Below, in pieces: positions 11,326 through 21,013 of a stretch of 33,092 nt of DNA. A program made the position numbers and the translations under genes. Position 1 is the stretch's first letter; every line of letters begins with the position of its first letter. The notes beneath the pieces were generated by a model that saw nothing but the letters and a program-made list of their open reading frames with translations, did no database searches and was not told the origin of the DNA. The stretch is taken from sequence record DRR378314_1432; one strand, written 5' to 3'.

Positions 11326-11522
11326 AGCTGATGAATAACAGCCTACCATCGGTTTCGAAGCCTCCTTACCCGGAGGCTAAACAAGGCTAGGCAATCGTTT
11401 AGCGACGGAGTTTATTCCCCTAGCCGAAGCGAGTGGTGATATTCTTTTAGCCAACGCTTTTTTACCTGGTGCAACGAATTGGGCACCCAACGTTCAAAAA
11501 AACATTGCCATGGAGGCTATTG

Positions 11523-12386
11523 ATGGCGCATGACCTGCTTGACCGCTTACGCGAACGCTTAGAAGAATTAAACCGCTCAGAACGCAAAGTTGCCAATGTC
11601 ATCCTGGAGGACCCAGCAGTAGCCACCAGCTTGAGCATTGCAAGCCTTGCCCAAGCGGCCAGCGTCAGCGAGCCCACGGTCAATCGGTTCTGCCGCAACT
11701 TCGGCGCCAAAGGCTACCCCGATTTTAAAATCAAACTTGCCCAAAGCCTCGCAGGCGGAACGCCCTATGTGACGCGCGCTGTCGAGCCTGGCGATACAGC
11801 AACGCAGTATACCCATAAGATTTTTGGCGCGACGATTGCCGCCCTGGACGAAGCCCAGCGCGAGGTCGATATGGCCGCTGTTGAGCGCATGGTTGATTAT
11901 CTTACTCAAGCAAAACAGATCCATTTCTTTGGCTTAGGTGCCTCAGGTGCCGTCGCCCAGGATGCTCAGCACAAATTCTTCCGCTTTAACTTGCCCGTCA
12001 TGGCCTATGTAGATGTGCTGATGCAGCGCATGGTGGCCGCCGCCTGTCATACCGGTGACGTAGTGGTGATTATCTCGTACACAGGCCGCACCAGAGAACT
12101 GGTCGATATCGCACGCGTTGCTCGCGAAGCAGGCGCCGTGGTGCTGGGGATCACCGCCCCGAACTCACCGCTTTCCTTGGAATGTACCTCGACTCTCGAA
12201 GTCGCTACCCCCGAGGACACCGACCACTATATGCCCATGACCTCGCGGATGATTCAACTAACGCTGATCGATGCCTTAGCCACTGGGGTTACACTCAGGC
12301 GCGGCGAAGACTTCCTACCGCACCTGAAGAAAATCAAAGATAGCCTGCGCGATACCCGCTTTCCTGTGGAAAAGGCAGGTAAGTAA
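11523..12386 (+). CDS. hexR: RpiR-family regulator HexR
   Basis: HTH region [26 protein letters not shown] domain, [18 protein letters not shown] 11523 follows GGAGG. Confidence 0.88.
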   Translation: MAHDLLDRLRERLEELNRSERKVANVILEDPAVATSLSIASLAQAASVSEPTVNRFCRNFGAKGYPDFKIKLAQSLAGGTPYVTRAVEPGDTATQYTHKIFGATIAALDEAQREVDMAAVERMVDYLTQAKQIHFFGLGASGAVAQDAQHKFFRFNLPVMAYVDVLMQRMVAAACHTGDVVVIISYTGRTRELVDIARVAREAGAVVLGITAPNSPLSLECTSTLEVATPEDTDHYMPMTSRMIQLTLIDALATGVTLRRGEDFLPHLKKIKDSLRDTRFPVEKAGK

Positions 12387-12418
12387 TCAGTAAGACAGCT
12401 ATCGCTGATACGGGCCCT

Positions 12419-12778
12419 TTAACTGCTGACGGCAGTGGTAACGGTAATTTCTACTTTTAACTCATCAGCAGGCAGCGGCGCGCATACACAGGTGCGTGCC
12501 GGTGCATAGCCTTCGGGCACCCAGGCATCCCACACCTCGTTCATTGCTGCAAAATCATTACCGTCTTTAAGGTAGATGGTCGCGCTCAGTAGCTGCTCGC
12601 GGCTGGAGCCAATTTCTTTTAGCAAGGCATCGACCCTTGCCAGCATACTCTCGGTTTGCTCCTTAATTCCTTCGTGGCGCGCTTCAGGACCGCTTACCTG
12701 ACCACACAAATAGGCCACACCTTGATGAATAACGGCACGGCTCATACGGGCTTTTGTATCATGGCGCTGAATTGTCAT
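12419..12778 (-). CDS. RidA/YjgF family protein (YoaB-like)
   Basis: [35 protein letters not shown]. Confidence 0.88.
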   Translation of the reverse strand: MTIQRHDTKARMSRAVIHQGVAYLCGQVSGPEARHEGIKEQTESMLARVDALLKEIGSSREQLLSATIYLKDGNDFAAMNEVWDAWVPEGYAPARTCVCAPLPADELKVEITVTTAVSS

Positions 12779-12849
12779 GGTTCAATCTCCTGAGTAAGAC
12801 AAAAAAAGCAGTGTAAACCGCCACCGCTTCGTTGCCTATGCCTTCTTAA

Positions 12850-13335
12850 TCAAGCGCGCTCCGTAGGCACGGGGCGATGCTCGAAGACTCGTCGCAAAAC
12901 AAAGCTGGTGTGAGCTCCGGTGACGCCTTCAATACGGTTGATCACGTGCAGTAAAAGGTGCTGATAATCGTCCATATCACGAACCAGTATCTTGAGCTGA
13001 AAATCTGCCGCTTGGCCGGTGATAATCAAACACTCAATCACGTTGGGAATTTTACGAATATGACGTTCGAAGTTATCAAACCGTTCGGGAGTATGTTGAT
13101 CCATTGAAATGTGCAGCAACACCATCAGTTGATAGCCTAGCTGCCGCGCATCAACATCGGCCCGATATTGGGTAATTAAGCCGTGCTCCTCTAGCGCACG
13201 CACCCGGCGCAAGCAAGGTGAAGGGGAAAGCCCGATGCGCTCGGCTAACTCCTGGTTACTAATCCGCCCTTCCTGCTGTAACACATTCAGAATGTGGCGA
13301 TCAAAACGATCAAGTTCAAGCGGCACGACAGGCAT
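12850..13335 (-). CDS. Lrp/AsnC-family transcriptional regulator
   Basis: LDRFDRHIL..GRISNQELAERIGLSPSPCLRRVRALE HTH with a C-terminal RAM domain; divergent from leuA. Confidence 0.92.
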   Translation of the reverse strand: MPVVPLELDRFDRHILNVLQQEGRISNQELAERIGLSPSPCLRRVRALEEHGLITQYRADVDARQLGYQLMVLLHISMDQHTPERFDNFERHIRKIPNVIECLIITGQAADFQLKILVRDMDDYQHLLLHVINRIEGVTGAHTSFVLRRVFEHRPVPTERA

Positions 13336-13374
13336 AACAAGCAGCTCCTACCAATAAAAAATAACAATACGACA

Positions 13375-13399
13375 TTTATTGCCAATTATTGGCGATAAA
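13375..13399. promoter_or_regulatory. AT-rich inverted repeat between lrp and leuA (candidate operator)
   Basis: TTTATTGCCAA-TTA-TTGGCGATAAA: 11-bp arms with one mismatch. Confidence 0.4.
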
Positions 13400-13553
13400 A
13401 CCATATTTTCGCAATAACCTTTCGCCTTACTTCAAGTAAACTGTATTGACTGTCACAAGCAGTCCCTACACGGTGCCTTACCCAGACACCTGTTAACGCG
13501 GCTTACGCCACAAGCGGCCGTCCAACTAACTTACCGCCTTCAGGAAACTCACC

Positions 13554-15239
13554 ATGTCTGCTTTTGATCATCGCAAATACCGCCCTGCTCCGCGTGTTCC
13601 CGCCTTCAACCGCCAATGGCCTGACCGCGACCTAACGCAAGCGCCCATTTGGCTAAGTGAAGACCTACGCGATGGCAACCAGGCGCTACTAGAGCCGATG
13701 ACGGTTGAGCAAAAGCAACGCTTTTGGCAGCAGATTATTAAGGTAGGTATTAAAGAAGTGATGGTGGGCTTTCCCTCAGCTAGCCAACCAGACTACGACT
13801 TTGTCCGCTGGCTAATTGAAGAAGACCAAATTCCAGACGATGTCACTATTGCGGTACTCGTGCAGTGCCGTGAACACTTAATCGAGAAAACCTTTGCATC
13901 GCTGACGGGCGTCAAGCGCGCCATTATTCACCTGTATAACTCCACTTCGACCATCCAGCGCGAGCGGGTGTTTGAGATGGATCGAGCTGGCATTACCGAT
14001 ATTGCCGTGCAAGGCGCTACCTGGGTGAAGACCTATGCTGCCCAACACCCAGATGCTGACTGGCGTTTCCAATATTCGCCGGAAAGCTTCTCTAGCACTG
14101 AAATCGATTTTTCACTGGCCATCTGCGAAGCGGTGATGGATGTCTGGCAGCCAACGCCTGACAACAAATGCATCCTCAACTTGCCCACCACGGTAGAAGT
14201 TGCGGGGCCGCATCATCATGCTGACCAGATTGAATACTTTTGCCAGCACATCAGCCGTCGCGACAGCGTGATTATTTCGGTACATACCCACAACGACCGT
14301 GGTGGTGCAGTTGCCTCAGCAGAATTGGCACTGTTGGCGGGAGCTGACCGCGTCGAAGGCACGTTACTGGGTAACGGCGAGCGCACCGGCAATATGGATA
14401 TTGTCACCTTGGCGATGAACCTGTACAGCCAAGGCATCGACCCGCAGCTGGATCTTTCTAACCCGGACGAGATCGTTCAGGTGGTGCATGAGTGTACTGG
14501 TATTACTATGCATCCGCGCCACCCCTGGGTTGGCGAGATGGTATATACCGCGTTTTCTGGCAGCCACCAGGATGCTATTCGTAAATCCCTCAAGCATCAA
14601 AAACCCGACGAGCCGTGGCAAGTGGCCTACTTACCCATTGACCCGCATGATATTGGCCGCGACTACCAAGCCGTTATCCGGGTGAATAGTCAATCTGGTA
14701 AAGGCGGCATGGCCTTTTTGCTGGAGCGAGACTACGGCATTAATTTACCGCGTTGGATGATGCTGGCCCTTGCCCCTTACGTGCAACAAGAGAGCGAGCG
14801 CCGCAACGGCGAGCTTTCTAGTGAAATCATTCGCCAAGTGATGTTTGATAATTTCACTCAGGATGCGCCACTGGCATTGGCCGATTACCGGCTATCAAAA
14901 GGCCAGCACGAGGGAATAGAAATAACCCTTTGGCAAGGCTCTGAAACGCTGCGTTTGTCAGGTACCGGCAATGGCGCCATGTCATCCTTCACTGATGCCT
15001 GGAAGAAACATTCGGGCAGCAATGTAGCCATTATTGACTACAGTGAGCACTCCTTGGGTGGCGACAGCGAAGCCAATGCGATTGCCTTTGTGCAGTTGAA
15101 TATTGATGGACAACGACTTTGCGCTGTGGCCGAAGATAGTGACACCGTTAGCGCATCGCTGAAGGCGCTGCTGTCAGGCATTAATATGGCGCAGGCCACC
15201 AAGCAGCATCAACAGAAAGACGCTGCTATTGAGGCCTAA
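13554..15239 (+). CDS. leuA: 2-isopropylmalate synthase (LeuA, yeast/Mycobacterium/Pseudomonas type)
   Basis: DLRDGNQAL, HLYNSTS, YSPESF, HTHNDRG, GNGERTGN, AFSGSHQDAI, IRVNSQSGKGG, plus a C-terminal regulatory domain. Confidence 0.93.
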   Translation: MSAFDHRKYRPAPRVPAFNRQWPDRDLTQAPIWLSEDLRDGNQALLEPMTVEQKQRFWQQIIKVGIKEVMVGFPSASQPDYDFVRWLIEEDQIPDDVTIAVLVQCREHLIEKTFASLTGVKRAIIHLYNSTSTIQRERVFEMDRAGITDIAVQGATWVKTYAAQHPDADWRFQYSPESFSSTEIDFSLAICEAVMDVWQPTPDNKCILNLPTTVEVAGPHHHADQIEYFCQHISRRDSVIISVHTHNDRGGAVASAELALLAGADRVEGTLLGNGERTGNMDIVTLAMNLYSQGIDPQLDLSNPDEIVQVVHECTGITMHPRHPWVGEMVYTAFSGSHQDAIRKSLKHQKPDEPWQVAYLPIDPHDIGRDYQAVIRVNSQSGKGGMAFLLERDYGINLPRWMMLALAPYVQQESERRNGELSSEIIRQVMFDNFTQDAPLALADYRLSKGQHEGIEITLWQGSETLRLSGTGNGAMSSFTDAWKKHSGSNVAIIDYSEHSLGGDSEANAIAFVQLNIDGQRLCAVAEDSDTVSASLKALLSGINMAQATKQHQQKDAAIEA

Positions 15240-15243
15240 GCGC

Positions 15244-15585
15244 TTACTCAGCACACTCGATACATGTCAGCACTAACGGGTCCCAGGTGAGGCGTTTGGC
15301 ACCAATCCATTCGCCACACTTGATGCACTCGCCAAAGTTCTCTTGCTCAATACGCTGCAAGGCGCCGCTAATACGCTTAAGCGTCATTTGGCGGCGCTGC
15401 TCTTCTGCCTTTGCCATGGCTTGGCCCTGCAGCGCATCCATACGTGACAGCCGCCCTACCGACGTTTGATCAAGCACCACCGTCTCTCTTGAAGACGCGC
15501 TTTCAATGCTCTCCTCTCGTAAAGTGACCTCTAGCGCTAACAGCTTTTGGTGTATCGCGGCTGTGTCTACCTCAGGGTGGTTCAT
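15244..15585 (-). CDS. TraR/DksA family C4 zinc-finger protein
   Basis: CIKC...CIEC finger after a coiled coil whose tip reads SVGRLSRMDALQ; GGAGG SD. Confidence 0.85.
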   Translation of the reverse strand: MNHPEVDTAAIHQKLLALEVTLREESIESASSRETVVLDQTSVGRLSRMDALQGQAMAKAEEQRRQMTLKRISGALQRIEQENFGECIKCGEWIGAKRLTWDPLVLTCIECAE

Positions 15586-15603
15586 CTGCGCCTCCTAGTG
15601 ACC

Positions 15604-16458
15604 TCAGCGCAGAATAAGCACCGGCAAATGGGCATTGCGTAGCATAGCGGTCGTCGTACTGCCCACTAACAAGTGACGAATACGCGAATGGCCATAGGCC
15701 CCCATGACCAACAGGTCAATACCGTGCTCCTGCTTGTAAGCGCGCAAGGTTTCTTCCACTTCACCAGCGCGAATTGCGCCTTCAGCGTGGTGTCCAGCAG
15801 ACTCAAGAACATCGATTGCCCACTCAAGCTGTGATCGATTTTCTGCCGTCTCAGCGCCCACGATCACAACATGGCAGGCAGCGCCTTCAAAGAGCGGGCT
15901 TTTGGCCAGCATCTCAATGCCTTTGCGGGCCGTTTTGCTGCCATCAAACGCCATCATCACGTTTTTCGGCTGCGTAAACTGCTTAGGCACCATCAATAGC
16001 GGACGATGCATCTCACGCACAACGCGTTCAAGGTTAGAGCCTAAATGGCCACTGGCTTGATGCGCAGTTTCGCCACGCTTGCCTAACACCAGTAAGCGCA
16101 TCTCCTTTTCGTTCTCAACCAAGGTCTCTACCAACGTACCGTTACGCTGAAGGCAGAGTGGATCAGCAATACCAGCTTCGATTGCGCGTGCTTTTGCCGC
16201 ATCGAGCATATAGCGCCCCTGCTCACGGGCAACTTTCGCGCGCTGCTCTTCAATATCAGAAAGCTTTTCAAGCAGATGCTCTCGAGTCCCTAAACCTAAG
16301 TGACCGGTTAGGTCAGGCTCTGCCACCAGGGAGTGGTTATCCAGGGTATGAATAAAGCTTAATGGCGCACCAAGTGCCTTGGCGGCCCAGACAGCATAAT
16401 CACAGATACTTTCTGAATATTGAGATCCATCAATAGCGGCGAACACGCGATCAGACAT
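15604..16458 (-). CDS. Universal stress protein (tandem USP domains), copy 1
   Basis: AAIDGS, LLVLGKRG, LGSNLERVVR, AFDGS, LLVMGAYGHSRIRHLLVGSTT. Confidence 0.92.
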   Translation of the reverse strand: MSDRVFAAIDGSQYSESICDYAVWAAKALGAPLSFIHTLDNHSLVAEPDLTGHLGLGTREHLLEKLSDIEEQRAKVAREQGRYMLDAAKARAIEAGIADPLCLQRNGTLVETLVENEKEMRLLVLGKRGETAHQASGHLGSNLERVVREMHRPLLMVPKQFTQPKNVMMAFDGSKTARKGIEMLAKSPLFEGAACHVVIVGAETAENRSQLEWAIDVLESAGHHAEGAIRAGEVEETLRAYKQEHGIDLLVMGAYGHSRIRHLLVGSTTTAMLRNAHLPVLILR

Positions 16459-16627
16459 AGAAGCGACTCCTTGAGCGGGTGCGTTAAGATTTTTATTATT
16501 CTCACTCTTTTTTACACGAACTTATTGACCAGCGACACCTTAACGCGTTCTTTGTATTCATCCCTATCGTTATGGGGTGGATGGTACACTTAGCAGCCTA
16601 TCAACGCGGCCAGTTAAAGGAGTTACG

Positions 16628-17014
16628 ATGGGGCATGGTATCGCGAGCATGCTACTGGTAGCACTTGGCGGCGCATTGGGCGGCATGGGTCGCTATGCCG
16701 TTTCTAACCTTATGGCCCACCTGCTGGGCATAGCCTTCCCCTGGGGTACCTTACTGGTGAATGCCAGCGGTGCGTTTATAGCGGGCGGACTTCTTGGTTA
16801 CTACGGCGTGCCAACCACACAGCCGCTGTGGCTATTTACTGTTGCAGGCTTGCTAGGTGGCTACACCACCGTTTCTTCATTTAGCTTACAAACTATTGAG
16901 CTGTGGCAAAGCGGCCAAGCGCTGCGTGCCGCCTTAAATATTGCTGCTACCTTGGTGCTCGGCATGGTGATGGCCATGCTCGGTTGGCTGTTGGCTAAGG
17001 GGTTGTTGCTATGA
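16628..17014 (+). CDS. crcB: Fluoride channel Fluc/CrcB, subunit 1
   Basis: GGALGGMGRY, FPWGTLLVN, GLLGGYTTVSSFS. ATG 16628 follows AAGGAG. Confidence 0.88.
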   Translation: MGHGIASMLLVALGGALGGMGRYAVSNLMAHLLGIAFPWGTLLVNASGAFIAGGLLGYYGVPTTQPLWLFTVAGLLGGYTTVSSFSLQTIELWQSGQALRAALNIAATLVLGMVMAMLGWLLAKGLLL

Positions 17015-17397
17015 ACTGGCAAACTTACCTAGCCGTAGGGATTGGTAGCGGGCTTGGCAGTGCCCTTCGCTACGGGGTATCTCTCGTGTCTTTGGCAGCA
17101 TTTGGTGGCTATTTCCCCTGGGGCACGCTGCTGGTTAACGTGCTGGGTTCTGGGATCATCGGTTGGATTGCCGCTACCGCCTCACGTTTCCCTAAAGGCA
17201 AGCTTGCGCACTGGCAGCCGCTATTAGTGGCCGGCTTTTGTGGCGGCTTTACCACGTTTTCACTCTTTAGCCTGGAAACATTGCACCTTATTCAACAAGG
17301 GCTTTCTGGGCTAGCGCTGCTTTATGTACTTATCAGCCTACCGCTTTGGTTACTGGCGGCCTGGCTAGGAGAACGCATAGCGCTTTCTCGTCTATAA
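17011..17397 (+). CDS. crcB: Fluoride channel Fluc/CrcB, subunit 2
   Basis: GSGLGSALRY, FPWGTLLVN, GFCGGFTTFSLFSLE; ATGA overlap with the first crcB. Confidence 0.9.
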   Translation: MNWQTYLAVGIGSGLGSALRYGVSLVSLAAFGGYFPWGTLLVNVLGSGIIGWIAATASRFPKGKLAHWQPLLVAGFCGGFTTFSLFSLETLHLIQQGLSGLALLYVLISLPLWLLAAWLGERIALSRL

Positions 17398-17410
17398 CCG
17401 TAGGTATTTT

Positions 17411-18385
17411 ATGCGCGAGCAGTTAGAGCGGCATCAGTCTTGGCTTTACCTGGGATTTATCTGCTTAGGGCTTACGTTGGGTCTGATAGCTCCCTTACTA
17501 GCGTCATCACTTGAACAGCTGTTATGGCCGCTCCTCGGCATACTGCTCTACGCCACCTTTACTCAGATACCGCTATTACATATCAAGCAAAGCGTTACCG
17601 ATAAACGCTTTATGGCAGCGCTGCTGATTGGCAACTTCATTATCATTCCTGCGCTACTGGGGATGTTGGTGCTAGGTCTTTTAGTAGTGGGGCTACCACT
17701 TCCCCCACCGGTAATGGCGGGTGTTTTGCTAGTGCTACTGATGCCCTGCACAGACTGGTTTATTACTTTCACGCACTTAGGCAAAGGCGATGCCGCCCGG
17801 GCTGTTGCGGCAACACCACTGCTGCTGCTCATCCAAATGGTCGCACTGCCCGTTTATCTGTGGCTATTTTTAGGCGGAGAGTGGTTTCAGTTAACCTTTT
17901 CTACCAACCTTCTCAGCGCATTTGCTGGACTGATCCTGCTGCCCTTGAGTTTGGCATGGCTGACAGAACTTGCCGCCAAGCGATCTTCAGCTATCAAACG
18001 CTCTGTGGGCTGCCTCATTTATTTACCAGTGCCGCTGCTAGCACTGGTGGTGTTCATCATTGCCGCGTCGCAGGTGAATAGCGTGCTAGGGCTTAGCCAT
18101 GTGCTGTGGCAGGTTGTGTTTATCTTTATCGGCTTTTTAGTCATCGCTGGGTTGTTGGGTAAAGCGTTAGGCAGTCTATTCAAACTACCGCTTACCAGCG
18201 CCCGAACACTTGCCTTTAGTTTTGGCACGCGCAATTCGTTTGTCATGCTGCCCATTGCGCTTACCCTGCCCAATGGCTGGCAAGCCGCGGTAGTCGTTAT
18301 TGTTTTTCAATCGCTAGTGGAGTTATTTGGCATGATAGCGTTGATACGCTGGGTGCCCGGCAAGCTAATTCCGAGCCAGCTATAA
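17411..18385 (+). CDS. Acr3/SBF (BART superfamily) transporter, arsenic-resistance-protein-like
   Basis: About 10 TM segments, GNF, LMPCTDWFITFT.LGKGD with the conserved Cys, RNS, QSLVEL. Confidence 0.8.
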   Translation: MREQLERHQSWLYLGFICLGLTLGLIAPLLASSLEQLLWPLLGILLYATFTQIPLLHIKQSVTDKRFMAALLIGNFIIIPALLGMLVLGLLVVGLPLPPPVMAGVLLVLLMPCTDWFITFTHLGKGDAARAVAATPLLLLIQMVALPVYLWLFLGGEWFQLTFSTNLLSAFAGLILLPLSLAWLTELAAKRSSAIKRSVGCLIYLPVPLLALVVFIIAASQVNSVLGLSHVLWQVVFIFIGFLVIAGLLGKALGSLFKLPLTSARTLAFSFGTRNSFVMLPIALTLPNGWQAAVVVIVFQSLVELFGMIALIRWVPGKLIPSQL

Positions 18386-18419
18386 AAAACGCCGGCCCCT
18401 TAGCGTGGTGACCGGCGTT
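18384..18419 (-). terminator. Terminator hairpin between convergent acr3 and usp
   Basis: AACGCCGG/CCGGCGTT stem (18388-18419) with a T run on the minus strand. Confidence 0.6.
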
Positions 18420-18435
18420 AAAGCGTACGTATTGA

Positions 18436-19293
18436 TTAACGCAATATCAGTACCGGAATTCGGCTACCGCGTAACATCGCTGTGGTGGTACTGCCGACCA
18501 GCAAGTGGCGAATACGCGAGTGGCCATAAGCGCCCATCACTAGAAGGTCGATCGCATGCTCCTGCTCGTACGCTTGCAAGGTGTCGTCTACCTCACCGGA
18601 ACGGATGGCGCCTTCGGCTTGGTGGCCGGCATCGCGTAGCGTCGTCAACGCCCAATCAAGCTCGCTGCGGTGCTCGGCGGTTTCAGCACCCACAATCAGC
18701 ACATGGCATTCGGTACCGGTAAATAACGGCGAACGCGCCAGCATTTCCACCCCTTTACGGGCAGTTTTGCTACCGTCAAACGCAATCAGTACCTTTTCAG
18801 GTTGCTTAAAGGCTTTGGGCACCATGAGCATTGGGCGATGCATTTCACGCACCACACGCTCAAGGTTAGAACCTAGGTGGCCGCTGGCGTGGTGAGCGGT
18901 TTCACCACGCTTGCCTACCACCAACAAACGTATGTCTTTCTCTAGCTCTACCAAGGTTTCGACCAGCGTGCCGTTAAGCTGGCGAATAATGGGATCAACG
19001 ACCCCATCTTCTACTGCCCGTGCCTTGGCAGCTTCCAGCATAAGCTTGCCTTGTTCACGGTTTACCTTAGCGCGCTGTTCATCAAGCTCAGAAAGCTCTT
19101 TCATCAAGCGCTCGCGGGCACCAAATCTTAGGTTACCCGACAAATTTTGCTCTGCTGGCACATCAGAATGATTGTCCACCACATGCACAAAGCTAAGCGG
19201 CGCATTTAATGCCAAGCTTGCCCAAGCGGCGTAGTCACAGACGCTTTCTGCATACTGGGAGCCATCAATCGCGGCGAGTACGTGTTCAGTCAT
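18436..19293 (-). CDS. Universal stress protein (tandem USP domains), copy 2
   Basis: Same motifs as 15604..16458; 19 bp downstream of sulP with an AAGGAG SD. Confidence 0.92.
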   Translation of the reverse strand: MTEHVLAAIDGSQYAESVCDYAAWASLALNAPLSFVHVVDNHSDVPAEQNLSGNLRFGARERLMKELSELDEQRAKVNREQGKLMLEAAKARAVEDGVVDPIIRQLNGTLVETLVELEKDIRLLVVGKRGETAHHASGHLGSNLERVVREMHRPMLMVPKAFKQPEKVLIAFDGSKTARKGVEMLARSPLFTGTECHVLIVGAETAEHRSELDWALTTLRDAGHQAEGAIRSGEVDDTLQAYEQEHAIDLLVMGAYGHSRIRHLLVGSTTTAMLRGSRIPVLILR

Positions 19294-19312
19294 ATCGCTC
19301 TCCTTGCGGTGG

Positions 19313-20803
19313 TTAGTGGCCGCCCATTAGCTTTTCAACTGCTTCAGGGTCGTTGTGTACCGCGTAACGATCTACCACGGTGGCACTGGCTTCACTCAAG
19401 CCCACCAGCTCCACCTCAGTACCTTCACGACGGAACTTAATCACCACGCGGTCCAGGGCCTGAACAGCGGTAATATCCCAGAAGTGGGCACGGGAAAGGT
19501 TGATGGTGACCTTATCGATGCTCTCTTTAAGATCGAAGGCCGCAATAAAACGCTCAGAAGAGGCAAAGAACACTTGGCCAACTACTTGGTATTCACGCTC
19601 TTTACCGGGCTCTACTTCTTTCGAGCCGATATACAGGATGTTGCCAACTTTATTAGCAAAGAACATCGCCGCCAGCAGTACACCGACAAAGACACCAATC
19701 GCTAAATTGTGCGTCCCAACAGTCACCGCTACTGTGGCTAGCATAACGATATTGGTACTCACCGGATGTTTTTTAAGGTCGCGAATCGACTCCCAGCTAA
19801 AGGTGCCTATCGATACCATAATCATCACCGCTACCAGCGCTGCCATAGGAATCTGCGAGACCCAATCAGCGAGAAAGACCACCATCAACAACAGAACAAC
19901 ACCAGCGATAAGCGTTGAGAGTCGAGTCCGGCCACCGGATTTTATGTTGATGACTGACTGACCAATCATTGCACAGCCTGCCATACCGCCCAGTAAACCC
20001 GATCCGATATTAGCGATACCCTGACCTTTACACTCACGGTTTTTATCGCTGGGTGTATCCGTTAAGTCATCAACAATGGTGGCTGTCATCATAGATTCCA
20101 GAAGGCCCACCACCGCCAGCATGATGGCGTAGGGAAAAATGATCATTAGCGTTTCTAAATTAAGCGGCACGCTAGGCCATAAGAACATTGGCAGTGTATC
20201 GGGCAGTTCGCCCATATCACCTACCGTGCGTATATCCATGCCGCTTACCATATACACCCCGGTAAGCACCACGATGCATACCAGAGGAGAAGGGACCGAC
20301 TTTCCAATCGCCGGCAAGTACGGGAAGAGATAGATAATGCCTAAGCCTGCTAGCGTCATGGCATACACATGCCACGTCACATTAGTTAACTCAGGCAGTT
20401 GCGCCATGAAGATTAATATCGCTAGCGCATTCACGAACCCGGTGACCACCGAGCGGGATACAAAACGCATCAGCTCTGCAAGTTTTAAGTAGCCTGCGAT
20501 AATCTGTAATACCCCAGTCAATAGCGTGGCCGCCAGTAAGTACTCCAGGCCATGTTCGCGAACTAAGGTAACCATCAGTAGCGCCATCGCACCGGTAGCT
20601 GCTGAAATCATACCCGGGCGACCACCAGTAAAGGCGATCACTACCGCGATACAAAACGAGGCGTATAGGCCCACTTTGGGGTCAACGCCCGCAATAATCG
20701 AAAATGCAATCGCTTCAGGAATTAGCGCTAGGGCAACAACGATGCCTGAGAGCGTGTCGCCTTTGATGTTAGAGAACCACTCTTGCTTACTGAAAAGTGC
20801 CAT
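19313..20803 (-). CDS. SulP/SLC26-family anion transporter with STAS domain
   Basis: [45 protein letters not shown] domain [12 protein letters not shown]. Confidence 0.93.
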   Translation of the reverse strand: MALFSKQEWFSNIKGDTLSGIVVALALIPEAIAFSIIAGVDPKVGLYASFCIAVVIAFTGGRPGMISAATGAMALLMVTLVREHGLEYLLAATLLTGVLQIIAGYLKLAELMRFVSRSVVTGFVNALAILIFMAQLPELTNVTWHVYAMTLAGLGIIYLFPYLPAIGKSVPSPLVCIVVLTGVYMVSGMDIRTVGDMGELPDTLPMFLWPSVPLNLETLMIIFPYAIMLAVVGLLESMMTATIVDDLTDTPSDKNRECKGQGIANIGSGLLGGMAGCAMIGQSVINIKSGGRTRLSTLIAGVVLLLMVVFLADWVSQIPMAALVAVMIMVSIGTFSWESIRDLKKHPVSTNIVMLATVAVTVGTHNLAIGVFVGVLLAAMFFANKVGNILYIGSKEVEPGKEREYQVVGQVFFASSERFIAAFDLKESIDKVTINLSRAHFWDITAVQALDRVVIKFRREGTEVELVGLSEASATVVDRYAVHNDPEAVEKLMGGH

Positions 20804-20958
20804 TCAGGGAGTCCATAGTTGAAGGTGAAACACTACGCACTACCGCCACACCGAGGTGAAACGAGAACGCGCAATTAAGCGAATAGGTTGTCAAAACAGT
20901 GCTGCATCACGAAGATACGGGGCAGCATCAATAGCCAATGAACGGCCATAGGATGCAC

Positions 20959-20994
20959 AAGCGCCGACATAACGCGATAGGCGTCATGGCGCTT
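20959..20994 (-). promoter_or_regulatory. Stem-loop in the sulP 5' leader
   Basis: Minus strand AAGCGCC-ATGACGC-CTATC-GCGTTAT-GTC-GGCGCTT: two 7-bp helices with a 3-nt bulge and no U tail. Confidence 0.55.
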
Positions 20995-21013
20995 ATATAA
21001 AGGAGGGAGTTAC

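Noticed and set aside
13336-13553. Leucine attenuator leader peptide
   Set aside because: No Leu-rich uORF or terminator hairpin with a U tail was found.
16459-16627. Fluoride riboswitch upstream of crcB
   Set aside because: A GATGG is present, but I could not find the flanking GGnGATG..CC stem or the downstream GATGnCnnCTAC pseudoknot elements.
16459-18435. Composite transposon around the fluc-fluc-acr3 cassette
   Set aside because: No transposase, terminal inverted repeats or target-site duplication is visible. The flanking similarity comes from diverged usp paralogues.
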